From a bacterium (GTDB lineage: Bacteria; Krumholzibacteriota; Krumholzibacteriia; G020349025): 64,000 nucleotides of DNA. Positions 18,340 through 27,915 of the stretch are shown one piece after another; the stretch's first letter is position 1, and the number at the start of each line of letters is the position of its first letter. Under the pieces are notes generated by a model, which did not search any database, was not told where the DNA came from, and worked only from the letters and a program-made list of their open reading frames with translations. Both the position numbers and the translations under genes were made by a program. Location of the stretch: contig JANLSU010000069.1 in NCBI GenBank assembly GCA_031362565.1, positions 62,419 to 126,418 of the forward strand. Reading direction: 5' to 3'.

Positions 18340-19779
18340 ATGTGGCTTCTCGTTGTCATGGCAATCATCGCCGTGTCGCGGCCCGCGCAGGCAGAGCGGG
18401 ATCCGATCGACGAAATCGTCGTGCCGTGGGATTCGCTGGGGCGGATCGATGGCATCGATGTCGAGTTGCTGCAGCGGCTCGAACGCGATGCCCCGGGGAT
18501 CGGTTCGTCGGTTGGCGCCGGGGCGCCGGGGGAGAGCTTTGTCGACGCGCGCCTGCTGCGCGGCCAGGACTCCACTTACGTTTTCGACACGCTGGTGCGG
18601 CGCGGAACGGATCTCGTCCACCGGCGTCGGGCCCTGAGTAAGGCGGAAGCCGACGCGCTGCTGCAGCGCGTGCGTGCGGCGCTTGCCGTCTCCAATCCGC
18701 GTGGGCTTCTCTCGAACGACCGGATGATGCTCGTCATCGGATCGTCTCTTCTTGGGCTTGGGTTCTACAGCTGGGCTCTGCCGGTCGCAGGAGACATTGA
18801 CGGCAAAGATGCGGTCGCGGCCGGCATGTTCGCCGTCGCCACGAGTTTCTTTGGTCCCTACCTCGCGACCCGCGGCACGCAAGTGAGCGCGGGCGAAGCG
18901 AATCTAGCGCTCTACGGTGGCACGCGCGGCATTCCGCACGGCATCCTCGCGTACCACGGTTTTCGCCCGCGACATGACCACCAAGTCATCGATTTCGACG
19001 GCACAACGATCACGATCGAGGACGAGGGCGATTCCGACGAAGCCATCGCAGCGGCGATCACGGGAAGCGTCGTCGAGGGCATCGGCGGCTTCTTCTGGGC
19101 GCGCGGCTCGAACTTGGCGGGTAGTACGGCGCACACCATCGGCGTGGGCGGCGACATCGGGTTGCTGTGGGGCCTGGGTTACGCCGAACTATTCGATGGT
19201 GAGGACGATTTCTGGGACATCGGGACGAATCGCCCGCTCTGCATCACGGGACTCGCGGGCTCCGGTCTCGGCATGGCGTTCGGATCCTTCTCGGCATCGC
19301 ATCGCCGGTACACGTGGGGCGATGTGGAAGTCGTCCGCATGAGCAATTACATTGGCGCCGCGACGGGCCTCGCCATTGCCGACCTGATGAGCGACAAGGA
19401 CAATCCGCTTCTTTTCGGTTCACTTTCCGGCAGTGCCGCGGGACTCGCCCTGGGCGACCGGTTCGTACGCGACGTCGACCTGTCCGCGACCCAAAGTATT
19501 CTCGTCGATACGGGCACGATCGCCGGCGCGGCGCTGGGATTGGGGATCGCGTATCTGGTGACTTCGAGCGGCAACGATGACAGCGAGGCCTACACATCGG
19601 CTGCGGCGCTGGGCGCGATCGGCGGCGGCGGGGCGACCTTTCTCGCTGGGGGGCGCGCTGCACTGCGAGGCGACTCGCGGAGCGGAAACCTGCAGTTGGA
19701 GTTTTCGCCATTTGCTCTGCTCGCGCCCCACCGCTCATCCCAAAATCCACCCGCCGTGCAGGTGCGCTGGACCTTCTAG
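18340..19779 (+). CDS. Hypothetical Gly/Ala-rich membrane protein with signal peptide
   Basis: MWLLVVMAIIAVSRPAQA, repeated glycine-zipper-like helices, and an ending in VRWTF. Confidence 0.75.
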   Translation: MWLLVVMAIIAVSRPAQAERDPIDEIVVPWDSLGRIDGIDVELLQRLERDAPGIGSSVGAGAPGESFVDARLLRGQDSTYVFDTLVRRGTDLVHRRRALSKAEADALLQRVRAALAVSNPRGLLSNDRMMLVIGSSLLGLGFYSWALPVAGDIDGKDAVAAGMFAVATSFFGPYLATRGTQVSAGEANLALYGGTRGIPHGILAYHGFRPRHDHQVIDFDGTTITIEDEGDSDEAIAAAITGSVVEGIGGFFWARGSNLAGSTAHTIGVGGDIGLLWGLGYAELFDGEDDFWDIGTNRPLCITGLAGSGLGMAFGSFSASHRRYTWGDVEVVRMSNYIGAATGLAIADLMSDKDNPLLFGSLSGSAAGLALGDRFVRDVDLSATQSILVDTGTIAGAALGLGIAYLVTSSGNDDSEAYTSAAALGAIGGGGATFLAGGRAALRGDSRSGNLQLEFSPFALLAPHRSSQNPPAVQVRWTF

Positions 19780-19936
19780 CGACGGCAGCCAGCGTCGGCG
19801 CGGACTCGGGATCGGTGTCCGGTCCCGACCACGGAAGAGGCGAGTAGCATGGCAACACTTCAGCAGCCATTTGGGCCGCAACAGTGAGCGGATCCCGATG
19901 ATCGCCCAGGCCCGAGTTCCCGTGCGTTGGAGTGAC

Positions 19937-21031
19937 ATGCGATTGTTCCGGCTCGCGTTCATTGCCGTGTTCTGCGTTTCTTGTTCACGGCATCGGGTTC
20001 CAGAGCGCTGGCAGGCGGTCGCGATTCCGACCGATGCCGAATTCAACGGCATGTGGTTCAGCGATTCGCTGAACGGCTGGATCACGGGCGGCGGGTATGA
20101 CATTCCGGGCGGCATCGTGGGCCGGACTCGCGACGGCGGGCAGACGTGGCGGTTCCGAAACGGCGTTGCGGTCGAAACCGGAGCGGGGTTCGGCCTGCAC
20201 CGCGTGCAGTTCCGTGACGTAGTGCACGGTTGGGTCGCGAACGACGACGGTGTCCTATTGACCGAGGATGGCGGGGAGAGTTGGCGTCGCGCGACTGGCA
20301 TCGGTGGCGACGGCCCCGCACTCTTCGACGTGCAGTTCATTGATGCGGGGAACGGCTGGGCCGTCGGCACCTCGAGACTCATCCGCACGGAAGACGGCGG
20401 CGAAACGTGGCGGACGCTCGTGAAAGGCGCCTACGAAAACGGCTACTTCTCCGGCAACGCCGTCCATTTCTTGGATGCGAGGCACGGTTGGCTGGCCGGG
20501 CGCGATGGAACGCTGATGCGATCGGACGATGGCGGGCAGACGTGGACGCCGGTCGCATTACCCCTGCGCGCCGGCGAACGGCCGACACTATGGGATCTGA
20601 CGTTTTCGGATGCGCTGCATGGTTGGACTGTTGGCGACAGCGGTTCCATCTTTCACACCGACGATGGCGGCGAAAACTGGACGCTGCAGGAGCACGGCGT
20701 CCCGGTCATCCGCGTGATTCCGAAGGGGGAACCGCTGCGGCCGCGCGAAGTCGTGCCGGAACTCGAGACCGAGCCCGACCGTTTGTGCATTTCGGCGGTG
20801 CATTTCATCGATTCGAATCAGGGCTGCGCTGCGGGTTACTACGCCGACGTGGCGGAGTCCATCGTAATGCGGACCCGCGACGGCGGCGCGAATTGGGAAG
20901 TCGAACGCGTGCAACCTGGAGAAATCCTGCGAGCCGTCTTCGTTCTCGACTCGACGCACGCCTGGGCCGTGGGCGATCGGGTGCGCACCCCAGCGCAGGT
21001 GGTCCTGCGTTACGTCGACGGCACCCGCTGA
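19937..21031 (+). CDS. YCF48-related/BNR-repeat beta-propeller lipoprotein
   Basis: Lipobox FCVSC and repeated F.D...GW.VG..G.I..T.DGG.TW. Confidence 0.85.
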   Translation: MRLFRLAFIAVFCVSCSRHRVPERWQAVAIPTDAEFNGMWFSDSLNGWITGGGYDIPGGIVGRTRDGGQTWRFRNGVAVETGAGFGLHRVQFRDVVHGWVANDDGVLLTEDGGESWRRATGIGGDGPALFDVQFIDAGNGWAVGTSRLIRTEDGGETWRTLVKGAYENGYFSGNAVHFLDARHGWLAGRDGTLMRSDDGGQTWTPVALPLRAGERPTLWDLTFSDALHGWTVGDSGSIFHTDDGGENWTLQEHGVPVIRVIPKGEPLRPREVVPELETEPDRLCISAVHFIDSNQGCAAGYYADVAESIVMRTRDGGANWEVERVQPGEILRAVFVLDSTHAWAVGDRVRTPAQVVLRYVDGTR

Positions 21032-21038
21032 CACCGCC

Positions 21039-21790
21039 TCAGTTCGCCGGTGGATCTTCGAGTGTTACCTGAATTGAAGCCAGCAAGGCCTCTAAAGTAG
21101 TGGCGGTCTGCTCCAGGGGCCCGCGCTCGACTTCGAAGACCAGAAGGTACCCGCCGCTTTCCGTGAACGCCAGGCGCGACCGAGAAAGGTGACTCACTCG
21201 GTCCCAGGTCTCGACCTCGATCCAGTCGTTGCCGTGAATCACCCTTTCGCTCTGGCGCGCGATCTCACGACGACTCGTGTCCATCGACGTCGCGAGCACG
21301 TACTCGACCAGGCGTTCGGCGGTGACCGCTTCGAAAATCGAGCTGCCTTCGATCAAAGCGGAGATGGCAGCCCCGATCGCGACACTGTCGCCGGGTTCTG
21401 GGTGATACGTGACGTCGGTCCACGGTTTCCAGAAATGCCCGACTTGTCCTCGGGGTCGCCTTGAAACATCGGGCCGCGCAGATCGCGAATGCGAGCGACG
21501 GCGTCTTCGTGGCGTCCATCGCGCCACAGCGCCTCGGCGCGTCGAAGATCGCGCACAAGTCCCTCTTGTGTCGCGACCCCCATGTCGGCGAGTGAAATCT
21601 GGAGCTCGCCGTGTCGAAACAAGTGCTGGCGGCCGTGATCGAGATACTCCCAGCCCTCGGGAACCACGAGTTGGAGCCGATGATGGCCGACTTCGAGGGT
21701 CCGCGTCGTTTCGACGTGCGAGCAATGCGCCCCGGCGCCCACCCCGGCGATCAGTGCGAAACCAGCAAGCAGGTCACGACGACGAGGCAT
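21039..21790 (-). pseudogene. Hypothetical exported protein split by one frameshift near 21440
   Basis: N-half MPRRRDLLAGFALIAG...QGDPEDKS continues in another frame as FWKPWTDVTY...LLASIQVTLEDPPAN*. Confidence 0.65.
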
Positions 21791-22571
21791 CGGCGTCCTC
21801 GGGAAACCGAATCGAATCCACGAGCCGGTAGAAGGCCGGCAAGTTTTCATACGTGCCCTGATAGCTGGCCTTGAACGCACAGCCCTTCACCACCCAGAAG
21901 ATCTCGCGGTAGAGAAGCGGGCGTTCGGGCGTAAAGAGCGTGTCATCGCTCGCGAAGGCCGGATGCCCCGCAAGGGTCGTATCGCGTTCGTACCCAACGC
22001 GCCAGCGCTCCGGCTCGTTCATGCGCTCCGGCTGCAGCCGAATCCGCGGCAGGACGTCTTCGAGTGTCGGCTCGTAGGACTCCGCCGCTCGCAACGCCGC
22101 TTCGAGATCGAACTCGACGCGCGGACTGTCCGCTAGGTAGTGCTCCATGGCTCGGTTGATAGCGGTGTTGATCGCCAAGGCCACGGCTGCGTCCGGCGCG
22201 GAGAGCGGATCGTCGGTAGGCGCGCGGGCGAGCGACAGTTCCCTCAGAAACTCTCGCTTCGTGAGCGAGTCGCGGTGCGCGATAAGCTTCAAGAGCGCAT
22301 CGCGCCGATCACGTGCCGCTAACTGGCTGTATGCGGCGACGCCGATGCACTGGCCACCGCCGCCGGTCAGGATAAACCGCACGCCGAGTGTCCCGCCGCC
22401 GTTGTCTCCCTGACGTTCCCACTGGTTTGCCGGTGGCGGCGAGAAGCAGATCTCCTGTGTCACCCAGTGAAACGTCTCTTCGGGTTCAATGGGCTCCTCT
22501 CGGGAACCGCAGCCGGCAAGCATCGTGAAAGCCAAGGTGGCGACCGGCAGGCGAACGATGAACCGCAGCAT
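21774..22571 (-). CDS. Hypothetical lipoprotein
   Basis: GGAAGGA RBS and lipobox MLAGC. PsbP-like-looking C-terminus (F..LVDSIRF). Confidence 0.75.
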   Translation of the reverse strand: MLRFIVRLPVATLAFTMLAGCGSREEPIEPEETFHWVTQEICFSPPPANQWERQGDNGGGTLGVRFILTGGGGQCIGVAAYSQLAARDRRDALLKLIAHRDSLTKREFLRELSLARAPTDDPLSAPDAAVALAINTAINRAMEHYLADSPRVEFDLEAALRAAESYEPTLEDVLPRIRLQPERMNEPERWRVGYERDTTLAGHPAFASDDTLFTPERPLLYREIFWVVKGCAFKASYQGTYENLPAFYRLVDSIRFPEDADASSS

Positions 22572-22858
22572 GATTCCTTCCCACTCCCCACCACACTGAG
22601 CCAGCCTCGCGAGTGGACGCAAGACAAGTAGCAAACCGAGGCCGAGCGCGACAATATTTTCCGTCACGGTCGCGAGGTCGACGCGGCCGCCTTCGACCTC
22701 CGGTTCTCCCGCCGGTCACGCGGGGTGTCCAGATCGACGGCCGGGGCGCCTACAGGCTTTCGTGGTCGCGCGTCGCCCGCGCGCGGTCCGGAGGCGTATG
22801 CGTCTTCGACTTGAAGCTCGACGGCTGCATCAGGTCATCTCGAAGGAGGACTTCCGCC

Positions 22859-23890
22859 ATGCGATTCAGAAGAGACGTGAGGGGCCTCATCCTGCTGGGA
22901 ATGATCACGACCCTTGCGGCATCCCTGACGGCGGGAGTTCAGGCGAGGGCTGACGACCAGCCTCCACCGCTGTATTCCTCCGCGCTTGCGTACGACCAGG
23001 CCCGTGGCCGTGTGGTTCTGTTCGGCGGCTACCTCGCAGGTCAATACTCGGGCGATACCTGGGAGTGGGATGGCGCGCATTGGGCGCGCGTCAGCCGATC
23101 GGGTCCATCCCCGCGTAACGGCCCAGCCGTGGCCTACGACAGCTTGCGCCAGCGCGTCGTGCTCTTCGGCGGCGACCACGGTGCGCTGGCCTTCGGCGAC
23201 ACCTGGACGTGGGACGGGACGGCGTGGACGCTCGTGGCGTCGAATGGCCCACCGGCTCGCTCGTTGCATCGGATGGTGTACGACTCGTGGCGCCAGCGCG
23301 TCGTTCTCTTCGGCGGCCGTACGAACACGACGATGTTCGGCGACACCTGGACGTGGGACGGGGCGAATTGGGCGAAGGTCGATTCGACCGGCCCGGCGCC
23401 GCGCTTCTTGCATGCATTCGCGTGGGACACCGGACGCGGGCGAGGCGTGCTGTTCGGTGGCAACCGCGCGCTGGGCCCCTCGACCGACGCCGATCTTTAC
23501 CTCGACACCTGGGAGTGGGACGGGACACGTTGGGACTCGGTCGCGGCTTCCGGCCCTCCGGCACGCGATCACACGGCGCTCGGGTTCGATCCTGTGCGCC
23601 GGCGCGCCGTGCTCTTCGGGGGATCGGGCCCGGAGGCCGCAGGTTTTCTGGGAGATACGTGGGAGTGGAGCGGTGCCACATGGGAGCATGTCACCGATTC
23701 CGGCCCCGGGCCGCGGGCCGGCGGGATGCTCGTGTACACACCCCAATCGGCGATCCTCCTCTATGGAGGCTTCGCACAACAGGGTCCCTCGACCGAGCTC
23801 TGGTCATGGAACGGCGGAGATTGGCGGCGCGTGCTTCCGGTCGCAGTTGAAACCGCCCCCTGGAGCAGGATCAAGAGGCGCTACCGTTAG
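22859..23890 (+). CDS. Secreted Kelch-repeat protein with a WSRIKRRYR tail
   Basis: AGGAGG RBS, signal peptide and repeats YD..R.RVVLFGG....GDTW.WDG..W. Confidence 0.9.
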   Translation: MRFRRDVRGLILLGMITTLAASLTAGVQARADDQPPPLYSSALAYDQARGRVVLFGGYLAGQYSGDTWEWDGAHWARVSRSGPSPRNGPAVAYDSLRQRVVLFGGDHGALAFGDTWTWDGTAWTLVASNGPPARSLHRMVYDSWRQRVVLFGGRTNTTMFGDTWTWDGANWAKVDSTGPAPRFLHAFAWDTGRGRGVLFGGNRALGPSTDADLYLDTWEWDGTRWDSVAASGPPARDHTALGFDPVRRRAVLFGGSGPEAAGFLGDTWEWSGATWEHVTDSGPGPRAGGMLVYTPQSAILLYGGFAQQGPSTELWSWNGGDWRRVLPVAVETAPWSRIKRRYR

Positions 23891-24096
23891 GCCACCGCCG
23901 TCGCGATTGCCTCGAACCTGGAGGGCGAGGCCGTCCGCAATGAGGCTCTGTCGATCGCGCGAGCCTTCGCCGATGGGCAGACAGGCGATGGGGTCAAGCT
24001 GCGGTGACGGCGACGCTGGAACGACAGACCCGCCAGGCTTTCGCACCCCGATCCAACCGGTTACATTGAAGTCTCTCGCCGGTTGGAGCCGAAAGC

Positions 24097-25839
24097 GTGG
24101 ACCAGTCTTCGCGCCCTCTGGTACGCCGCGGACGGCGCACAGCGTCCGCACTCGCCGTGTGTTGCGTGGTGTTCGTGGCGCACCCCGCGGCGTCGCGTCC
24201 CGTCGTTGGTTCGGCGCTCGCGCGGGTTCTGCCGCGGCTCGGCCCACACGAATTGGTGACGGTCTGGGTCGACTTGCGCGACGATCCGTCCGGCGCTCCA
24301 TCACCCGCGTTTCAGGTCTCCGAGCGTGCCCGGCAGCGCCGCCTGCGGCGCGGCGACCCGGCGCTTGACGCCGGCGATCGCGCGCTGGACCCACAGGTGA
24401 TGGCTGCGGTGCGTGCCCGGGTGACGCGCGTGCGTGCCGTGTCGCGTTGGCTGCGGTGCATGAGCGTTGAGGCGACGGCCGCGCAAGTTGCGGCGCTCGC
24501 GATGCTCGCGCCGGTCACCGCGCTCGAGTGCCTGCAATGCGGATCACCTTCCATTGCGAGTCTTCCGTCCGAACCCCGAGTCGCGGCACCGCCCTACGGC
24601 AGTTCGGCACAGCAACTCGCGCTGCTCCGCGTTCCCGAACTGCACGACCGCGGGCTCACCGGACTCGGCGTGCTCATCGCGCACTTCGATACCGGCTACG
24701 AACGCTTCACGCACAAGGCGTTCCGGGCCATGCGCGTCGTCGCCATGCGAGATTTCGTCGACGGCGACGGCGATCCCACCGGCGCGCACGGCTTTGGCTT
24801 CGATCAGGGCGTACACGGCATGATCACCTTATCGGCGCTCGGCGGTTTCCATCCCGGCAAGCTCATCGGCCCGGCCTTCGGTGCGAGCTTCGCTCTGGCG
24901 CGCACCGAGAGCGAGTTCTCGGAAGACGCGCGCGAGGAGGATTACTGGATCGCGGCCCTCGAATGGGCCGACAGTTTGGGGGCCGACATCGTCAGCTCGT
25001 CGCTCAAGTTTCGTGAGAATGACAATGGCGGCGGTTACACCTGGCTCGACATGGACGGCCAGACGGCGCGCGTGACGCGCGCCGCCGCCATGGCCGAGCG
25101 CCGCGGGATTCTCATCGTGAATGGCGCCGGCAACGATGGTTTCGATCCGGCGCACAACACCCTGGTGGCTCCCGCTGACGGCGTCAACGTGCTCGCCGTG
25201 GGCGCGGTGACTCTCGGCGGCTCGCGCGCCAGGTTGAGCAGTTGCGGCCCGACGACGGACGCCGTGCCGCGCACCAAACCCGATGTCATGGCACCGGGGG
25301 AGGATGTCTTCGCGGCATCGGTCGAGAGCGACAGTGCGTACGCGCTCGTTTCGGGCACATCGCTCTCGTGTCCGCTGGCAGCCGGCGTCGCGGCGTTGCT
25401 GCTTTCAGTGCACGACGCCACGCCGGCGCAACTGCGCGACATCCTGCGCTCGACCGCGACCGGTGCACATTCGCCCGATAACTTGTGGGGCTGGGGCATC
25501 ATCGATGCGGTGGCCGCGTACAACGCGCTCGTCGCTCTCTTCCCGACGGACGCGCAAGAAACCTGGGACGTGGCCCGCACGCCGCGCTTCGCCAACCCGT
25601 TCCATCCTCGGGACACGATCGCGTTTGCGTGGTCTGGACCGTCGCCGTTCGAACTGTGCGTCTACGACATCACCGGGCGGCACGTTCGGACGCTCGGCCG
25701 CGGTGCAGCAGCTGGCGAACGCCGCATTCGCTGGGATGGCACCGGCGACGACGGCGCCGCCCTACCGCGCGGCGTGTATATCGTCCAGTTGCACGGGCTA
25801 AACGCCCCGCCGGCGCGCAAGCTGACGCTCCTGCGCTGA
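24097..25839 (+). CDS. S8 family (subtilisin-like) serine peptidase with FlgD-like CTD
   Basis: Catalytic triad motifs FDTG, HG and SGTSLSCP, plus GAGNDG and KPDVMAPG. C-terminal VYDITGRHVRTL...WDGTGDDG...GVYIV. Confidence 0.9.
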   Translation: MDQSSRPLVRRGRRTASALAVCCVVFVAHPAASRPVVGSALARVLPRLGPHELVTVWVDLRDDPSGAPSPAFQVSERARQRRLRRGDPALDAGDRALDPQVMAAVRARVTRVRAVSRWLRCMSVEATAAQVAALAMLAPVTALECLQCGSPSIASLPSEPRVAAPPYGSSAQQLALLRVPELHDRGLTGLGVLIAHFDTGYERFTHKAFRAMRVVAMRDFVDGDGDPTGAHGFGFDQGVHGMITLSALGGFHPGKLIGPAFGASFALARTESEFSEDAREEDYWIAALEWADSLGADIVSSSLKFRENDNGGGYTWLDMDGQTARVTRAAAMAERRGILIVNGAGNDGFDPAHNTLVAPADGVNVLAVGAVTLGGSRARLSSCGPTTDAVPRTKPDVMAPGEDVFAASVESDSAYALVSGTSLSCPLAAGVAALLLSVHDATPAQLRDILRSTATGAHSPDNLWGWGIIDAVAAYNALVALFPTDAQETWDVARTPRFANPFHPRDTIAFAWSGPSPFELCVYDITGRHVRTLGRGAAAGERRIRWDGTGDDGAALPRGVYIVQLHGLNAPPARKLTLLR

Positions 25840-25961
25840 GCCTGCGCCCCCGCAACATGCCCCGGCTGCCCGGCTTCACCCGTTGGATCGCATGCGTGGG
25901 TAGAAGATCGGCTAAAATCCGCTGGCGTTGAACGCCCGAAGTCGTTGATTGTCCGGACGAC

Positions 25962-25991
25962 GGCCCCGTAGCTCAGTTGGACAGAGCGGCG
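25962..25991 (+). pseudogene. 5' fragment of a tRNA (Arg-like)
   Basis: GGCCCCG-TA-GCTC-AGTTGGACA-GAGC-G gives the acceptor 5' strand and D-arm. No T-arm (GGTTCGA) or CGGGGCC follows. Confidence 0.6.
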
Positions 25992-26090
25992 ATATGTCAT
26001 GCCTTCCACTGATGCCACGTGGAACTTGAAGTGATGACGCGTGCACGGGAGCGTACTGGCGACGTTTTGGTGCCCTGGCCCATCTGGTCC

Positions 26091-26171
26091 GCCTAACATG
26101 CCGTTGCACCGGCGCGGGTCCCCTCGCGTGGCCCGCGCCCACTCTATCGGTACAGCGACTTGACGTTACCC
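26091..26171 (+). other. Degenerate integron attC-like imperfect palindrome
   Basis: GCCTAAC (RYYYAAC)...CCGTTGCACCG-GCGCGGG...CCCGCGCC...CGGTACAGCG...CGTTA. The R' box is imperfect (GTTACCC). Confidence 0.4.
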
Positions 26172-26203
26172 CAACTGTTTTTTTACGTCGCCACGGAACC
26201 GGT

Positions 26204-26237
26204 GAAGCCGCGACGGACGTGCGCCCGTCGCGGCTTC
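26204..26237. terminator. Hairpin downstream of the SRPBCC gene
   Basis: GAAGCCGCGACGG-N8-CCGTCGCGGCTTC forms a perfect 13-bp stem. Confidence 0.65.
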
Positions 26238-26262
26238 CTCGCTCGACTCGAAGGCGCGCGCC

Positions 26263-27081
26263 TTAGCCCTGCGGTTCCGCCGGCGCCGCCGGCTGCGGGA
26301 AGCGCTGGTTCATCCACGCTTGCCACGCGGGCTCGTCGCGCTTCGCCGCTGCCGCTGCTCCGGCGCCGAAGAGATAGAGACTGACCGAGGCCATCAGCCC
26401 GCCGCAGACCTGTGCACCGAGGATCGCGACGCCCGGCGCCGGCTCGTCGATGCGCACCACGAGCCCTTGCCCCTGCTCCATGCGGGTCGCGCGCTCGACG
26501 ACGCCCGCAAACGGCGGCACGCCCGCCGCCCTTGGCCCGGTGCGCGCACCCGGCTTCGCGTCCGCGAGACCCAGTGGTCCAGCGAGCGTTGCCCACGCCT
26601 CGGACGGTGATCCGGTGGCCATGGACATGAGCAGAACCGAAGCGCTCGGCTCGCCGAAGTGTTGCGCGAGGTAGACGCGCAGCACCTCGAAGAATTGCGG
26701 CCAGCCTTCTTCCATGCCCTCGAGCTGCCCGTCCCAGTCGTCGGTGCTCGCGAACAGACTGTGCACGACGCGAACGACACACTTGCCGCCGCTCCGCGCT
26801 TCGACGATCCACTCCGTCGCCATGGGGGGCGCGTTCGGTCCGAGACCTTCGCTCTCGGCCACGAAGCGGTGCAGCGGTTCCCAGGTCTTGACAGTCGAAG
26901 TCGAGTCCATGCCGGGCGCCCAGTGCATGGTGATTTTGTCGCCGTCGATCTCGGTGGGATAGAACCACGACGAGATGCCCGGACCTGTGGCGATCGCGTG
27001 CCACACTTGCTCGGGCGTGCCCGGGACCTCGGTTTCGACGGAGATGCTGCGGCGCCCCGTCGAGTCCTTCTTCACGCTCAT
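26263..27081 (-). CDS. SRPBCC/AHSA1-like (START-fold) protein
   Basis: VPGTPEQVWHAIATGPGISSWF...WEPLHRF...EGWPQFF. ATGA overlap with the upstream regulator. Confidence 0.85.
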   Translation of the reverse strand: MSVKKDSTGRRSISVETEVPGTPEQVWHAIATGPGISSWFYPTEIDGDKITMHWAPGMDSTSTVKTWEPLHRFVAESEGLGPNAPPMATEWIVEARSGGKCVVRVVHSLFASTDDWDGQLEGMEEGWPQFFEVLRVYLAQHFGEPSASVLLMSMATGSPSEAWATLAGPLGLADAKPGARTGPRAAGVPPFAGVVERATRMEQGQGLVVRIDEPAPGVAILGAQVCGGLMASVSLYLFGAGAAAAAKRDEPAWQAWMNQRFPQPAAPAEPQG

Positions 27082-27671
27082 GTCGTTTCCCCCTGGTTCG
27101 AGAATGGATGCGCGATGACGATCAGTCGGTGCGAACGGCCTCCTGGCGTTGCGGCGTCGTGATAGCGGGCGACGAGCGACGCGACGGCCGTCGTGAGTTC
27201 TTTGCCGAACGCGGCGCGGTCGGCGGCGGTCTTGAACCGCACCTGCGTGTCGATCGACAGCGTCGCCAATCGCTTGTCCTTGGCGCGCGCCAGGCGCACC
27301 ATGCCGCCGACCTCGCGGATGATCCGGGCAGCGAGAGCGATCAGGTAACTCGCGGACAGGCGATCGGCTTCGCGACCGGGGTCCGGCGCGGCCGGTCCGA
27401 GTGCGCCGGGGGAGATGACGTAGGACGCTGCCGTCGCGACCATCCGGCGCTCGGTCAGGCCGCCCCAATAGCGCTCCTCGGCCACGCCCACCAGCCCGTT
27501 CGCCTCGAGCGCACGCAGGTGATAGTTCACCTTCTGGCGCGCGACGCCAAGCCTGGCCGCGAGCCCGGCGGCCGACGCCGGCTCCACCAGCTCGGCGAGG
27601 AGCCGGGCGCGGGTCGGGTCCAGGGCGATTGCGGCGACCGCCGGGTTCTCGATCACTTCAAGGTCGATCAT
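27078..27671 (-). CDS. ArsR-like helix-turn-helix transcriptional regulator
   Basis: LDPTRARLLAEL.EPASAAGLAARLGVARQKVNYHLRALE..GLV. Confidence 0.85.
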   Translation of the reverse strand: MIDLEVIENPAVAAIALDPTRARLLAELVEPASAAGLAARLGVARQKVNYHLRALEANGLVGVAEERYWGGLTERRMVATAASYVISPGALGPAAPDPGREADRLSASYLIALAARIIREVGGMVRLARAKDKRLATLSIDTQVRFKTAADRAAFGKELTTAVASLVARYHDAATPGGRSHRLIVIAHPFSNQGETT

Positions 27672-27677
27672 CGGCTG

Positions 27678-27707
27678 AACCTAACATTGACAGTTTTGTT
27701 TGTCAAT
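27678..27707 (-). promoter_or_regulatory. Sigma70 promoter with overlapping palindromic operator
   Basis: Minus strand TTGACA-17nt-TAGGTT. Inverted repeat ATTGACA-N8-TGTCAAT at 27686-27707. ATG lies 7 nt after the -10 box. Confidence 0.7.
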
Positions 27708-27915
27708 ACTTCCTCGGCTGGGGACTCGGCGAGCCCGGGCGGCCCGGCCGCCCGCGGACTTTCGACGCCTGCAACTGACGGGGCGCTACAGCGCGGACGC
27801 GGTTCGCACCTTCGCTCAGCAACTTGGTATGGCGAGGCATGATGAAATAGGTTGTGCCCTGGAGATTGTTTCCGCCGCGGGTGCAGAGGACCGTCGACCT
27901 CACGAGTTCGTCCCG

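Noticed and set aside
25962..26060. Complete or intron-containing tRNA
   Set aside because: No T-arm or complementary acceptor strand was found downstream, so it is kept only as a fragment.
27760..27830. Second attC-like site (…TGCAACTGACGGGGCG…)
   Set aside because: It lacks RYYYAAC/GTTRRRY boxes and a convincing complementary arm.
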